Part shown: piece by piece, positions 1-12,108 of the stretch
Layout: each line of letters starts with the position of its first letter
How positions within the stretch are numbered: the first letter of the stretch is position 1
NCBI GenBank assembly: GCA_036172245.1
Contig: JAYWIR010000017.1
Coordinates: forward strand, 1,550,001 to 1,614,000
Length of the DNA: 64,000 bases
Direction of reading: 5' to 3'
Source of the DNA: Raillietiella orientalis
Taxonomy: Eukaryota
Made by a program: the position numbers and the translations under genes
Notes under the pieces: generated by a model
Told to the model about the DNA's origin: nothing
Databases searched by the model: none
What the model saw: only the letters and a program-made list of their open reading frames with translations

Positions 1-60
1 AAGCAATGAAGTAAAGCGAGCAGCGAACTAATATAAAACAAACTTTCATAATTAACTTAC

Positions 61-314
61 CACCATGAAGGATGAATTATTCCTTTGGTAGTCATACATA
101 TCTCTTAAATTGCAATATTTAATGTTCTGTCCAAGAATATTCATCAATTCGTCTTTGTTTGGGCAAATTTCAAAGTTCTTCTCATTTTCATCTGGATTTT
201 TCAGCTGTTCAAGATAGCGTTTTTTTTTTGTTAACATATCTTTAGATCCATAACAGCAAGACACTATTAATTTCACACTGCTTTCTGCACTTTTGCTAAT
301 ATTTCTATAATTCA
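61..314 (-). CDS. Possible internal exon of an unidentified neighbouring gene that runs off the left edge
   Basis: 84 open codons in very AT-rich DNA, bounded by acceptor tttcaagcag and a perfect donor GTG|GTAAGT. No recognisable domain. Confidence 0.35.
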
Positions 315-960
315 CTGCTTGAAATTACATGAGAAGCACGCCTACCAACATTTTTAAAATGTAACTTTAAAAGAAAAATCAAATATAAACTAAAAAAAAA
401 TATTATCCAATGTCATGCTCTATGAACCATTAATCTCAGATCTAGACGAGAAAATCCGAAAATTCAAAATTTCAAAGTAATCATTGCCACTGAGTCCTAC
501 TTATGATTTTATTGCTGAAAAGAGTCTCTCAGTACATGAAATTCATTTCTAGTTAATAAAGAGCATGTAAAAATTTAGAATGAAAATGGCTGTATCCTTG
601 AAATTATATTTCGATTTACTTAAAATTTGAATTATTTCAAGTTCCGAAATCATGAACGAGGGTTCCATTTTGAGAGTTTATGCATTTGGAAATTTCTAAA
701 CTCTAAATAACTAAAGTGGCATTGAATTTTAGAAAATTCTTGAGTCTAAAATATACAGTTTAATGTTACTCAGAAGTTCTTCGCAGTTCTTAATTAGGAA
801 AATTCTTTAAACAATCACTGAAATTTGCAATTTCTTGGCTTATTCTTGAGTTTCAAGGTTACAGGTGGAAGTTTCTGATGGTTTCTTGGTATTTAAGGCT
901 CGTATTACGTCTGCCATTAATTATAATGAATTAGTAGAAGCAAAGTTTTCTCCCAGCTAC

Positions 961-1036
961 CTGTGCATTGATATCACTAAAATTTCTTGATATTGACATC
1001 GGATAATGTAGTTCACCGTTTCTCTCTTTGGAATTA
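961..1036 (-). CDS. Possible small exon of the same unidentified gene
   Basis: Acceptor tttttatacag, donor CAG|GTAGCT, open in two frames. The frame and its connection to other exons are unresolved. Confidence 0.2.
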
Positions 1037-4000
1037 CTGTATAAAAACTTTTGCGATTATTGTGCCAATTATCACAAAAGAATGATTACATTATAATGTT
1101 ATTATTTAATTTAGATTTAGATAAGTAACATTATATCGTAGTTTAGAAAAATGTTAATGTTAAAAATAATTTTTACAGCAGCATTTTTCCTTAAAAAAAA
1201 TGTTCCATAATGATAATAATAGAAGGATTTTCTTTATGTCGGTTGGTTCCTTTATAGACATTTGAGATTCAGAGTCTGCATAGTCCCGAAAGTATTTTTT
1301 AATAACACAAGCATACTTATAGTACCTAATGGTTTTTGACTTTGATGGGCCCTTTTGCTTTATATCAGCTGCTATTATCAAATCGAAGTCTGTTATAATT
1401 TTGTGTAAAAAAATGAATTAAACAAGATAAAAGAATGTTAACTACATAAATTTGATATGTTTCATTCTCTACTCTCTGGTGTGATGTGTTTAACATCTTT
1501 TTAATACATTTTTGTTTATGACAGGGAATCCTTCATTGAGGCTAAAAATTGCCATAGACTTTACAAAAATGATGAACACAGTAGGGAGAAGATAGAGTAA
1601 AAGACATAAAAGACCGAAGGAAGCGATGTTACGATTGTAGGTCTAATCATAAATCCGATATTTCTAACGCTGAAAATCCTAGGAAAGAAAAAAATGAGGT
1701 TGCATTTGAAGAGAGAAGTGGACAAGTCTCGAAAGTTTTTTCATCAAAAAACATGACTGATTTTGAAAGTGTGAATTCATACTCGTTTGTATCTTGAGAA
1801 TTCGAAGTTCTTTCATATCTGCAGTGCTTTTCAACATATTTTCTGACTGGCCAGGCATAGTCACTAACGTGAAGATCATTTTGTAGAAATAGACCCATAT
1901 GCTGCTGCGGAATTATATGAAAAATCCAGTCCTTTTCCTGAGCTTGGATCTTACTGAGCATTCTACTTCTTTCAGAAGGAAAAGTAGTTCAAGACATGGC
2001 TTAAGTGACTCAGATGCGCACCACAGATGCAAACAGTGCAAGTGGCTGGCCTGTCAGGAATAATACTAGAGTTTTTTCGAGACTTCAAAAGGTTCTTCCT
2101 GACTAATAAGTCACATTGAACATTCACATAAGTCAAACAACAATTCAACATAAGTCACATTAGTCAAACTACTGCTATTGGGAATGTTTAGGGCTACTGA
2201 GAGGCTGCACATGCATTCATGGAAGGTTTCTACAGTTCTAGTGCTCATAACTTTAAGAGTATCTATCTTCCATGCTAAGTTCCTGGTATTCTCATTCTAT
2301 TTGAATCTCGATCTCTTTTCCTCCTTTCCACTCAAGCCCTCTGGGAGATACAGCTTCAGAGAATTCGTTTCGAGAGAGAGAGGAGGAGATTCAGCTCCAA
2401 GCTGACTCTAGTAGAGGGTATCAATTCCCACAAATGAGTTGTTGAATCCTCTTAGGTAGCGACTGTGTACGAACATGCTTATAAGAATCTGAAGAACTAG
2501 CGTCATAATTAAGAGAAATATTAGTCACGCTTTTTCAAATGAAATCATTCTCAAACCTTGAATCCTTCTTGGGCTAAAGATTTCTTGTGGACTAGCATGA
2601 GCATTGAAGAAGACTATAAGGTATGATTTTTTGTTGACTATAGAATGATTGAAAGAGAAGAAAAACGAGGATAAAGTATCACCTCCCTGGAATGGAAATT
2701 CTATATTTGCCAGTCCTCTTGGGTTGATAAGAATGTAAGAGAAGAATCTAGCAATCTAGGCGAAGAGTTGAATCTACAACAAATCTATCAAAGCATAGTA
2801 ATCGGAGCTTCCCTCGGAAAGACCCGATTCGAAACAGTCACGAAGACAGTCTCTTCGCTTTCTGAAATTCGATTTGTAAAGGTAATTCGTTCTTGAATAT
2901 TCTTGAAAACGTTCTTGAAACCAAAAAACAAAAACACAAACGTGATCATTTATTTACGGAAGCATTTTCCCATTTTTATCTTTGAGTGTGCACCAATGAC
3001 TAACACATAGAGTATAGAGGGGTAGTTACGTGTAGGTCATTTCAGCATGTGCGATTTGCCAGGAGTGCTCAACATTCAATGATCCACAGATATCTGAGAA
3101 ATTTTAAAGTATTTTCCTGCTGACAAAGTCAAATGCAAATCTTGCAGTTAGTTCCATTTGGAATCATGTGAAGTTTTGATCCATAAAATTTCATTTCTTT
3201 CAGATCGGTCATGAAAACTGAAAATCTTTAGTTCATCATCTGTGACATGGTACATGCCAACTCCTCTATCTAGTTTCAGAAAGGGAAAATGCGTTTTCTT
3301 GAATTATAAATGCATCTTTACCTTTCTGGGAGTTGCCAAGGTACTCTCCAAAATGTGAAGGATTTTGAAACAGCGTTGAAAATTTCATCAATGATTTACA
3401 TTTTCTGTTATTCATAAGCTCTTTTGTGTTCATTGGTAAAAATATATTCAAGCACACCTCCGTGATGAGCAGAAATGGATCCTATTCACTCAACTATTGC
3501 AGGCTCTTGCATCAGGCATAGGGACTTTCTTAGAGGGACCAGATGAGACGATAAAATTCATCAAATTTTGAATTTCGAAAGTTTCTTGACTTCGAATATG
3601 TTAGATGTAACTCATAAGGTTTTTTTTTTTATGAAATGAGATCTTTAGTGTGGCTACATCCACACACCGACTGCTGATTCCCCTAAGCATCTGTACATAG
3701 AGCCAGAAACAGTTTTTCCACAAAACAAAAAACCCGATGAAGAACTCACGTGAATTTTGTGAGTAGAAGTATCTGGAAAACAGTTTGTTACTCTTGTAAA
3801 TGCTCTGAATACAACAAAACATTAAAAACAGAATGCAAGATTCTTCAAAGGGGAGGCTCCATTTGATTTTTTTAAAAAACAAATCCAGTGATAAGCAATT
3901 GTGCACACATATATTAAGATATAGTGTTCCTTTGTGTGCATCGATGTCTCTAATATGAGAGTAATGCACTCGAACGATAAGCTCCATGCAAAGGTCATGT

Positions 4001-6660
4001 GCATTCTTCTGATTACTCGCCATTATTATGCATTTACGTTCTGATGCGTCAAATAGAGAGTTTTCCCAAGAACGTTAGTTTTGCTCTACAAACAGGAAAG
4101 ATCACACCGGAAAGCTTTATTCGAAATTTTCAAATCATTCACTGGTTTCATATAATATAACCCGAAATCAGATTTAATATACCCTGAAGTCAGATCAAGA
4201 TAAATTCGGATTACGTAGCGAGTGATATAATCCTAATTAAGAGAATCTGATTTCGTCGTTCCTCGTTTGCACACATTGCATCAGTGGCATGTGTTATTAA
4301 CTGTCCTGAGATTGAAGATTTTAACCTGGAAAACAAATGAGCAGCAAGCACATAGTCACTGGAAACAGATTCTGTTGGTGTGGATGTGGGCGAAAGTGAG
4401 GACACCAATGAATGGCTTGGGGTTTTACCTCATTTTGACAAATCCCTCAGAATTTCCAACAGTCTTCAATTGTTTTCCATCTTTTTGAATCTTCTAGGAG
4501 ATGATTCATAGTCTTCTGTCGCGATAAACGATATGTACATAGGGAACTTTTCAGTGGTCCGTTCTGCAGTACTGATTGTATCGCATTTCGTATCTTTGGG
4601 AGTAGTTTCCTAGCTGTTCAGTTATATGGCCATCACTTTTTTCAGATTTTTTGGGGTTTTGTGAGATTGCTTGGAAATGACTTAATCAATTAAGTCGTAG
4701 ATGTGAGACTTGCTGTAATCTTGAACTGTTCTTTTCAGCTGTTCTTTCCGTATTGCTTGTGTTTTGTATTATTATACGCAGAGATATCCATACCACGGCA
4801 GTTCGGCTTCTGGAATGAAATCAGTTTATTTTGCATCTTTGTGAAGACTCTCAGATCAAAGAACTGCAAGCGACTTACAACGCAAGCTCAGAATCTTCTG
4901 ATCACTGTACTTTCGATTTTGAAGATCTCCATTGTTTTATAACACTGCCACCTGCTTTAGACACCATACGTGACTCAGTGACCTATTCGATCACCCAGAC
5001 AAACGTTTCGCCAAGCTTTAACACGTGGATGGTGTAACTTGGAAGCAATTGCTGACTAATGGGTGAGAAAAATTGGTGCTGGAATATAACTGGTCTCAAT
5101 GGATTCATTCGTCGCTACATGAAAATTAGGAATATCTTTCCTTCATTTTATTTCAAACCCACTCAAAACGATGCAACAGTGATCTTGTGCAAGATTCTAT
5201 CATAAATGAAACGAAAGTATTCAGAATAATTTTCTTTAAGGTTTGTGCATTCTTTACTTGCGTAGATTTTTTCGGTGATACTTAAATATCTGTGTTTTTC
5301 CATGAGCCGATACAATAAGTACGATGTTAATAATTTGATTTCTTATTGGGACGACTCTAAGCAGAAACTAAAGGAGCCTAAAGATTAGTTGATAAGGAGG
5401 TAACAGAAAGGTCAATTTCAGCCAAGACTTGTCATTAACGGCAATCAATAATTCATCGGTTAAGAAGGACTATCTGGATTTACATTCATGAGATCATTTG
5501 TCCATTTGATAACTTGCAGTGCGAAGAACATTCATTTGTGTGCATATACTTTGTTTGGGTATTGCGTTAAGACCTAATTAATCTAAACGTCTGATCTTTA
5601 ATTCAAGTTTTTTTGAGACCATCCAATCAAGCACGATTTCTTCTATAAGAGAGTACTCATTTTGCCAATGATGCTGATGGTAATTCTAATTTCCAAATAT
5701 GAATTTCTAATCTCCAATTATATAGCACAACCTAGAAAAAGTAGAGCAATTTTTCATGATTTTTTATAGTTTATGCGATTGTTATCTTTATAACACCTAT
5801 GTCATTTTAATCTGTATGTTTTTTTTATTAAATAATCTTTTTTCTGTCAGAGTTTGCTTCCTAGTTAGCAATCTTGAGAAATTCACTACCTTCCATCTCT
5901 ACAAAGTTTAAACTGTTCAGGATTTTCGTTTGAAGCACACGAAACTGTATTAATAAATAATGTATTGAAATATTTTTATGTTACATAATAATGTTAAAAT
6001 TATGTAAATTCATGCTAAAATATATTTGTATTAATTAATTAACTAACATTATAATCTTATTCAACCTTCTTACTAATTAAAACATTATTTCGCATAAAAT
6101 ATTATTAATTACATTCCATTTATATAATACCTTGAAAATCAACACTAATTTATTATTGAAACCCTATAATAGCTACCTCTAAGCCCATAACTCACCACTA
6201 CTACTTTATATTTACAAAAAAAACATGCTTGTCCTTGCTCTTTTATTTATTAATAATCAGAAATGCTCATCTGTCAGCATATCACCTCCAAATAAAATTC
6301 AACTATACTTTGTTACGCACTTTATTTAACTCATCAACATCATCTGTAAGGTAACATTTAAGGTGTTGATGTAAATCATTTAAAGATGGAACAGAACATC
6401 AAATCCAAGAAATAAGAAGGAAACCGATCTTAGGCGTGGTAAAGTTTGTTCGTCATGATGAAAAAAACAATAACACATGAATGAATTGTCAAAGTTTCCT
6501 TATATAATTACTGGAACGATAGATTTATGGATAAACATAAATACAAGATCAGTAAGTTACAAGGCAAATCAAGGAAAGCACAAGTTCAGACCAGGGCGAT
6601 TTCATCTTCTCGTGTGTTCTTGGATGTACGAAAATGTTTGCCAATTAAATTTCCATAAGG

Positions 6661-6698
6661 AATCGTAACAAACCTACTGATATAATCGTAACAAACCT
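6661..6698 (+). repeat. 15-bp direct duplication (aatcgtaacaaacct) separated by 8 nt
   Basis: Identical copies at 6661-6675 and 6684-6698. Confidence 0.85.
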
Positions 6699-6880
6699 TT
6701 TCCAACTGAAATTTCCGAAAAAACAGTTCATTAAGAGGTTTGGAAGGAGTTTGTTTGCACATTCGAACACGTACACATTACTCTCACGAGTGACAAAACC
6801 CTCGGATGAACACAGTTAAATGAGCGGACCATGGAGCTCCTTTCGACAGTAACAAAATAGAAGAAAGAAAGAGAAGAAGT

Positions 6881-7610
6881 GTGCCTCCCGAAGAACTTGT
6901 GGTCCCTCCCTCCTGTTTGAACACTTCTGTGTTCCCCCTTTCGTGGAAGCAGGACGTGATCATGCTGGTGCATTGGGGTTTTCACTCCAACCAGCGCACG
7001 AACCGTGTTTCCGGGGGAGTTGTCTCCCCAAACTGTAAGCGGTGCGGGGAAGCGGAAACGCTCCCGCACCTGCTCCTGGACTGCAGTGCCCTCCTAGGAC
7101 TGTGGCGGAGGCTGGCCTCAGCTCTCCTGCACCAGGGGACACCGCGAGAGACTGGATGCGCCGCTTCTTCACGCCAGGCTGCCTGTCCTTGGGTGCTGTC
7201 GTTAAAACCGTGTGTTGCACCCGCGCCATCGACAAGGCCCACCGAGAGTTAAAGAAGCTGGCCATCCTTCGTCAGCCCACCGGATTAGCCAGCGCGAGCA
7301 TGTCGTCGGCTGCCGAGTGGGCCCACCTACCGGAGAGCGTGAGGAGAGAGATCGCCGGCATCCATCGCCGGTTCTGAAAGGAAGGAACGGCCGAACCAAA
7401 GACCCCTGTCCCCTGCCCTCCATATTTTTATTTTTATTTTTCTATAGGAGTGTATTTGTGGTCCCCTCTCTCCCGTTCCGGACTTTCGGCATACCGACCT
7501 GCGTGTCGGGGATCCCACCCCCTTCGTCTCTTGTTTTTCCCTTTGTCCAGGAACTCTGTTCCCGGATAGTTTTTTAATAAACGCCCCGGCGCACCCGGGT
7601 GATAAAAGAA
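6881..7610 (+). mobile_element. 5'-truncated, degenerate non-LTR retrotransposon (L1/Tx1-like): ORF2 C-terminal zinc knuckle plus 3' UTR
   Basis: Translation SPNCKRCGEAETLPHLLLDC is the CCHC zinc-binding (zf-RVT-type) motif that follows the RT domain in LINE ORF2, followed by ...LWRRL. Coding-like sequence continues in another frame (DWMRRFF...HRRF*, stop at 7377), implying a frameshift near 7120-7140. A pyrimidine-rich 3' UTR follows, with AATAAA at 7576-7581. The block is GC-rich within AT-rich flanks. No clear target-site duplication. Confidence 0.8.
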
Positions 7611-10483
7611 ATTATTAAGAGAATTATTTATTACTGGAGAATTATTTTCCACTGGTCAAGCAGGTTGTCCGTCTTGATGACGAGTAGATATGGTCTACCT
7701 ATGGAAAGTTTTAGAGTTCCTGTGATAGAAGAAGGGGATATAACTATTATGTGGCAAATGGAGACTTTTGTGTCGATATACTGAACACAAATAAAATCTG
7801 GGTCACTTTCTCTCTCTTTTCTTTAATCTTGTTTTGCTCTTCATTATGAAACAGAAGTCAAGAAAGCAATAAAAGTTCAAATCATATGAATAATACGTTT
7901 TTCTTGGGATAGATGGAAATGCGATAACTAAATGCAAGAAAAAAAAAAAACTGAAATACTACAGAATGCTGGAGGGACATGGAAACGGACAGGAAAACAA
8001 CGGGGATTTCATTCTTTCGCCAAAATTTTCAGTTAGATTGAATAAACGCTGTGTCAGTTCAGAAGACATAATTTATAAATAAGAGATTACATGTATGTAT
8101 ATAAATTTATATATTACATTCATAATATATAAATTTCATAAATATAAAAAAGTGCCTATTCATAAGCATAAATTTTGATGAATAAGAAATAACATTATAA
8201 ATCAAGAAGTCATACTTTATTATGGTCAGCTTATATGCTTATAGAATGCATAAGAATTCACCTTTCATGAGTATACTTTCGTGATGTGAATGTTTCTTTA
8301 TTCATATTTAAACAGTGGGATTAAGATAATCAGGCACTTACCACACAAAATAATTCGTACGCATTTCTACTAAGTGATCTATCTGTGAAATAATTCCATC
8401 GTGGTCCACAGCCTATGGGCTACGTACAGATTCCTGGAAATCGAAGAGTGTGTCAACAAAATAATCAGTCGTCTGGATGCAGTTCGTGATATTACAATGA
8501 ACCTGCAAAATAATGCTTTGAAATGTGGTTCGTACGATGAAGACTGCTTTGCGAAAGATAATCAGTGCATTTTACACGCAAACAATCTGGCAACATTGTC
8601 GTGCCACTGAAATAGTGATCTAACATAATATTCTACACATGACAAAATCAGACAACAAATATAATACGTTCAGCTGGTAGGTGGATTTGTGTAAATCTCA
8701 TAGATTAGACTAAATCAATTTCCTACGTAAGGGATTACCATGTTGTATGGATTCCTTCTGAAATTACTCCATTTGGAAGTTGTGGGATCTGAAATAAATG
8801 TTTTTCTCTAGACTATGGTATCGAGAGCACGTATTCTGAGAAGCAAGAAATGCATTTTCCTTTGATGGATGTAAATTCCAGATTTGCTTTTACTTTCCAT
8901 AAATTCCTTTGTTTTCAGAGTCAGGTTTGTTTCTGTCTACAAGTTGATTATAGATGCTGCGATGCATTCCTTATTCTTGCGAGTTTCGCAACATTTCCAG
9001 AATCAGAGAATCATTGCCATCAAATTCACGAACTAAAGATTGGATAATACAATTCAAATGTTTAAATCGAAGATCTCTGCAGATACAGCAATGAAGATGA
9101 CACACAGTTTTGTGTAAGAAATTAGACATTTTCACTGAGACTGAACGATAGATGAGAAAATATTCTTACTCACACGATGTTTGCGATCTCTCAAATTTCC
9201 AACCAGCAAGCAAACAAAAGGAAAATTAAGGGTGGATAACGACTTTGAAGGTTTATCTTATTTGTGAGCTTGTTAATCAAGAAGACGACTGAAGTATGTG
9301 TGTGACTAAGTACTCATACTTAGATCCAGATAGAAAACCAGGATTACTGAAAAGGCAGCGTGTCAGACTGAATGGAACGCACATTCTTCGATGAAAACCT
9401 CGGAACTTCGATCATTCATACAGTACACATATTATCATACACCTATTTCATTCTTCACGTTACACGTTCAGCTTTTGTGAATCATTAGTTGGACCATTCT
9501 CTTTTTGGTAACTTCCCAGACATTTGGCATCCGAAGCAATTAAAATGCGATTGCACTTCTGTATTTCATCTGGATCGAAAGTGGGTTCTGGTTCCCGATT
9601 TTCTTGGGTTCTGATTGGTTTCGTTCATCAGCGCGTCGATCTCAGAAAGCCCTGGGAGCAAACTATTTCTAAATTTTGAATTTCCAATTTTTTTGCGATG
9701 CTTCCTCAAGTTGATTTTGCTAATAATCCTTCGAATCTTTTCATTCAGGAAACTTTTTTTTTTTTTTTGAAACTCATTCAAGAAAGCTCGTTTGCTTCAG
9801 CCAAGTGGGATGTAAATATTTTGCTGAGCACCTCCGTTCTGTAACCAAAGCAGTCTCTACACATCCCGAGTATATCCTTCCGAAAAGAAAATTTTCGTGT
9901 TCGACTAACGAGAGCATTCCCAGAGTTTCTTCCTTGGAAGAACACTACTCCCCTTGTAAAGTCACTGAAGAGGGTAAGAGGCAAGGCAAGAAACGAACAA
10001 GGAAAGATCATTTCCAAGATTAAAAAAGAGAAAAAAAAACAGAATTCGCTCTTTTAACAAAGTTTCTGGATCCCGTCTGCTGTTTTGCAACAAGTCATCT
10101 GAAAAAACACGCTGAACTCCCAGAAAGCTCCCAAAGCTACAGTCTAGTCTCTGCTCTGAAGCAACTTCCCACTTTTCCACAGGAGTAGAGGAGTACCAGA
10201 CCGCTTGGAGTTCAAATGCAACTGCTCTAGGTGGTACAATAAATGCTGTGCAGCTCCCAAAGTAGCATTTTCCATTCATATTTGTCAGTGTGCTCTACCT
10301 GAAGGCTGTCAAGTCTGATGTCTCAGAAAATGCGATTTACACGGGGTCATTAGTGAAACGTGCGCCACGAGCCTGCCCGTGATCACGGAATTTCACGATC
10401 TGCTAGTTCCGCTCGATTTGATCAGCGAAGTCCCTCTGACGCAAATTAGAAACCTGGCTATTCCAGTAAACCTCCCTGGATCA

Positions 10484-10502
10484 AGAGAGAGAGAGAGAGA
10501 GA
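10484..10502. repeat. (AG)9 microsatellite
   Basis: Perfect AG run read directly. Confidence 0.9.
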
Positions 10503-11456
10503 AAGAAAATCCATCATTTTCCTGCACTCCTTTTCCTTTTCTGGTCTCCTCGTTTTCGCCGGTAAGCGAGAGTTTGAATCTCTGATATTTATGAGATTTG
10601 TGCTTCAGAAATTCAAGGGACGTCATGTTCCTAGAAGGGGAAATTACATCAAATATATGGCAACTATTAATCAGAACGACGTGGGTCCCTTAGCGAAGCA
10701 TGCTTGAAAACCTGAATGGCAGGTATTATCTGCATCATTTAACGTGGAATGATGCCCGTAACTTTCACCGTCCGTGAGCAGCAGCACAGTATAAAAATCA
10801 ATCTGAAAAGAATAAAAGTGTGTGTACGAAAAATCAAGCTATTTCACGATTCGGAGTTGGGAACACTGAGTTTATTGGTGTTTCTAAAGCGAAAGCAGGA
10901 TTTCGGTCACTGTGAGTATTCCGTAGAAGGGATAAATCATCTTGTCCAACCAGAAGTGTGTCAGGCAAGCTTCGCCCCCTTTGACTCGAGCATCGAAAAT
11001 GTCACATGTGCTCCTGCTAGGAAATTGATGTACTGCAGCCCGAGATTTATTTCATCTTATAGTTGCCACCTCAAGGAATTGATAGGCATGCTCATTAAGA
11101 GTGCTAGGGAAAACCAGCGACTGAAACCTTCAGTCATGGTGAATTCCAGAGACAATGGCAGACCCTTGATACCAAGAATCAGTGAAGGTACAAAGTTCCC
11201 CCCCCCCCCCCAAAAAAAAAACGTGGTTTAAAAAACCTGATGAGTCGCCATTTTTTTCTCAAAGTTGTAGAGTTTCTTCTGGAAGAAGCTAATCTGTTCT
11301 GAACATCAAGAACAGATTAAAGGTTGTTCCTAGAAATATTTTCCAGAGGTAGCGCCAGTTCAATCTGGAAGTCCTTCAGATTGAAGATTCAATTGAAAGC
11401 ATTTTCGATGATTTGAGGAAAAACAAAAGATGCTTTAATCTTCGTAAAAACAAATT

Positions 11457-11462
11457 TTTATT
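11457..11462 (-). terminator. Candidate polyadenylation signal (AATAAA) for Tbx1
   Basis: Minus-strand AATAAA about 315 nt after the stop. Alternatives lie at 11046-11051 and 10871-10876, so which one is used is unknown. Confidence 0.3.
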
Positions 11463-11776
11463 ATGAAGCGCTATTTTCTCATCGCGTCTCATTCGAAGTT
11501 TTTTTTTTTCTTTTTTTTTTTTTGTCTGATCAGCTGTGCGATTTGAATATAACTCTGAAGAATTTTTAAAATTTGAAGACGTGAGCTGTCTAATGGCCCA
11601 GCTCAAGACTAACTTCACAAGGTATAAGATGTCCTTGCCTTATCTTTAAAGCTGTTTCCGTTGCATCGATTCTGAGAAAGATATGATACGGGTATTCTAC
11701 ATGAATGAAAATAAATACTATTTGGATGTCTCTTTGAAAGTGATCAACTGTTATGACTTCGTTAACGATCAATAAG

Positions 11777-12108
11777 TCACCGATTGTAATCATAGAGAGA
11801 CTGGATATTACGAGTATAAAATGCTGACGGGGAAGCGGAGCTTTGGTACGCTTGTCCAGAATAAACTCCTTGTCTACTGTAAGGGCTGCTCCTGTGCTTG
11901 AGCGCAGAAGAGTAATTGTATGATGTGTACATGGGTCCGCAGCTGGAAAACTCTGATCCATAGTTTTGGCCAATAGCAGGGATGGTGCATGTACTGGAAG
12001 GGTAGCTGAATAGGTATTCACCGGCTGGAGTTGAATTATAGTGATTTAGCAGCTTCCTCCCAAAGGAATCGGAAGTGCACTTTGCAGACAGAGAACTTTC
12101 CTCCAATC
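11777..12108 (-). CDS. Tbx1: Tbx1 terminal coding exon 8 (LEESSLSAK...YNYSSALKHRSSPY...SLYDYNR*)
   Basis: Strong acceptor tttctctcgtttctctccag. Ser/Tyr-rich tail with KHRSSPY and terminal YDYNR, resembling the recalled vertebrate TBX1 motifs KSRPAPY and YDYCPR. TGA stop at 11779-11777. Confidence 0.88.

Noticed and set aside
2106..2169. Short imperfect repeats (taagtca) resembling a repeat-spacer array
   Set aside because: Units are only 7-9 bp and irregular, in a eukaryotic context with no cas genes; this is ordinary slippage.
6897..7477. ~22-bp similarity between 6897-6917 and 7456-7477 suggesting LTRs
   Set aside because: Short and pyrimidine-rich, with no TG...CA ends. The internal protein motif is non-LTR type.
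8103..8136. 14-bp perfect inverted repeat
   Set aside because: The arms are entirely A/T in a very AT-rich tract, so it is likely chance or slippage.
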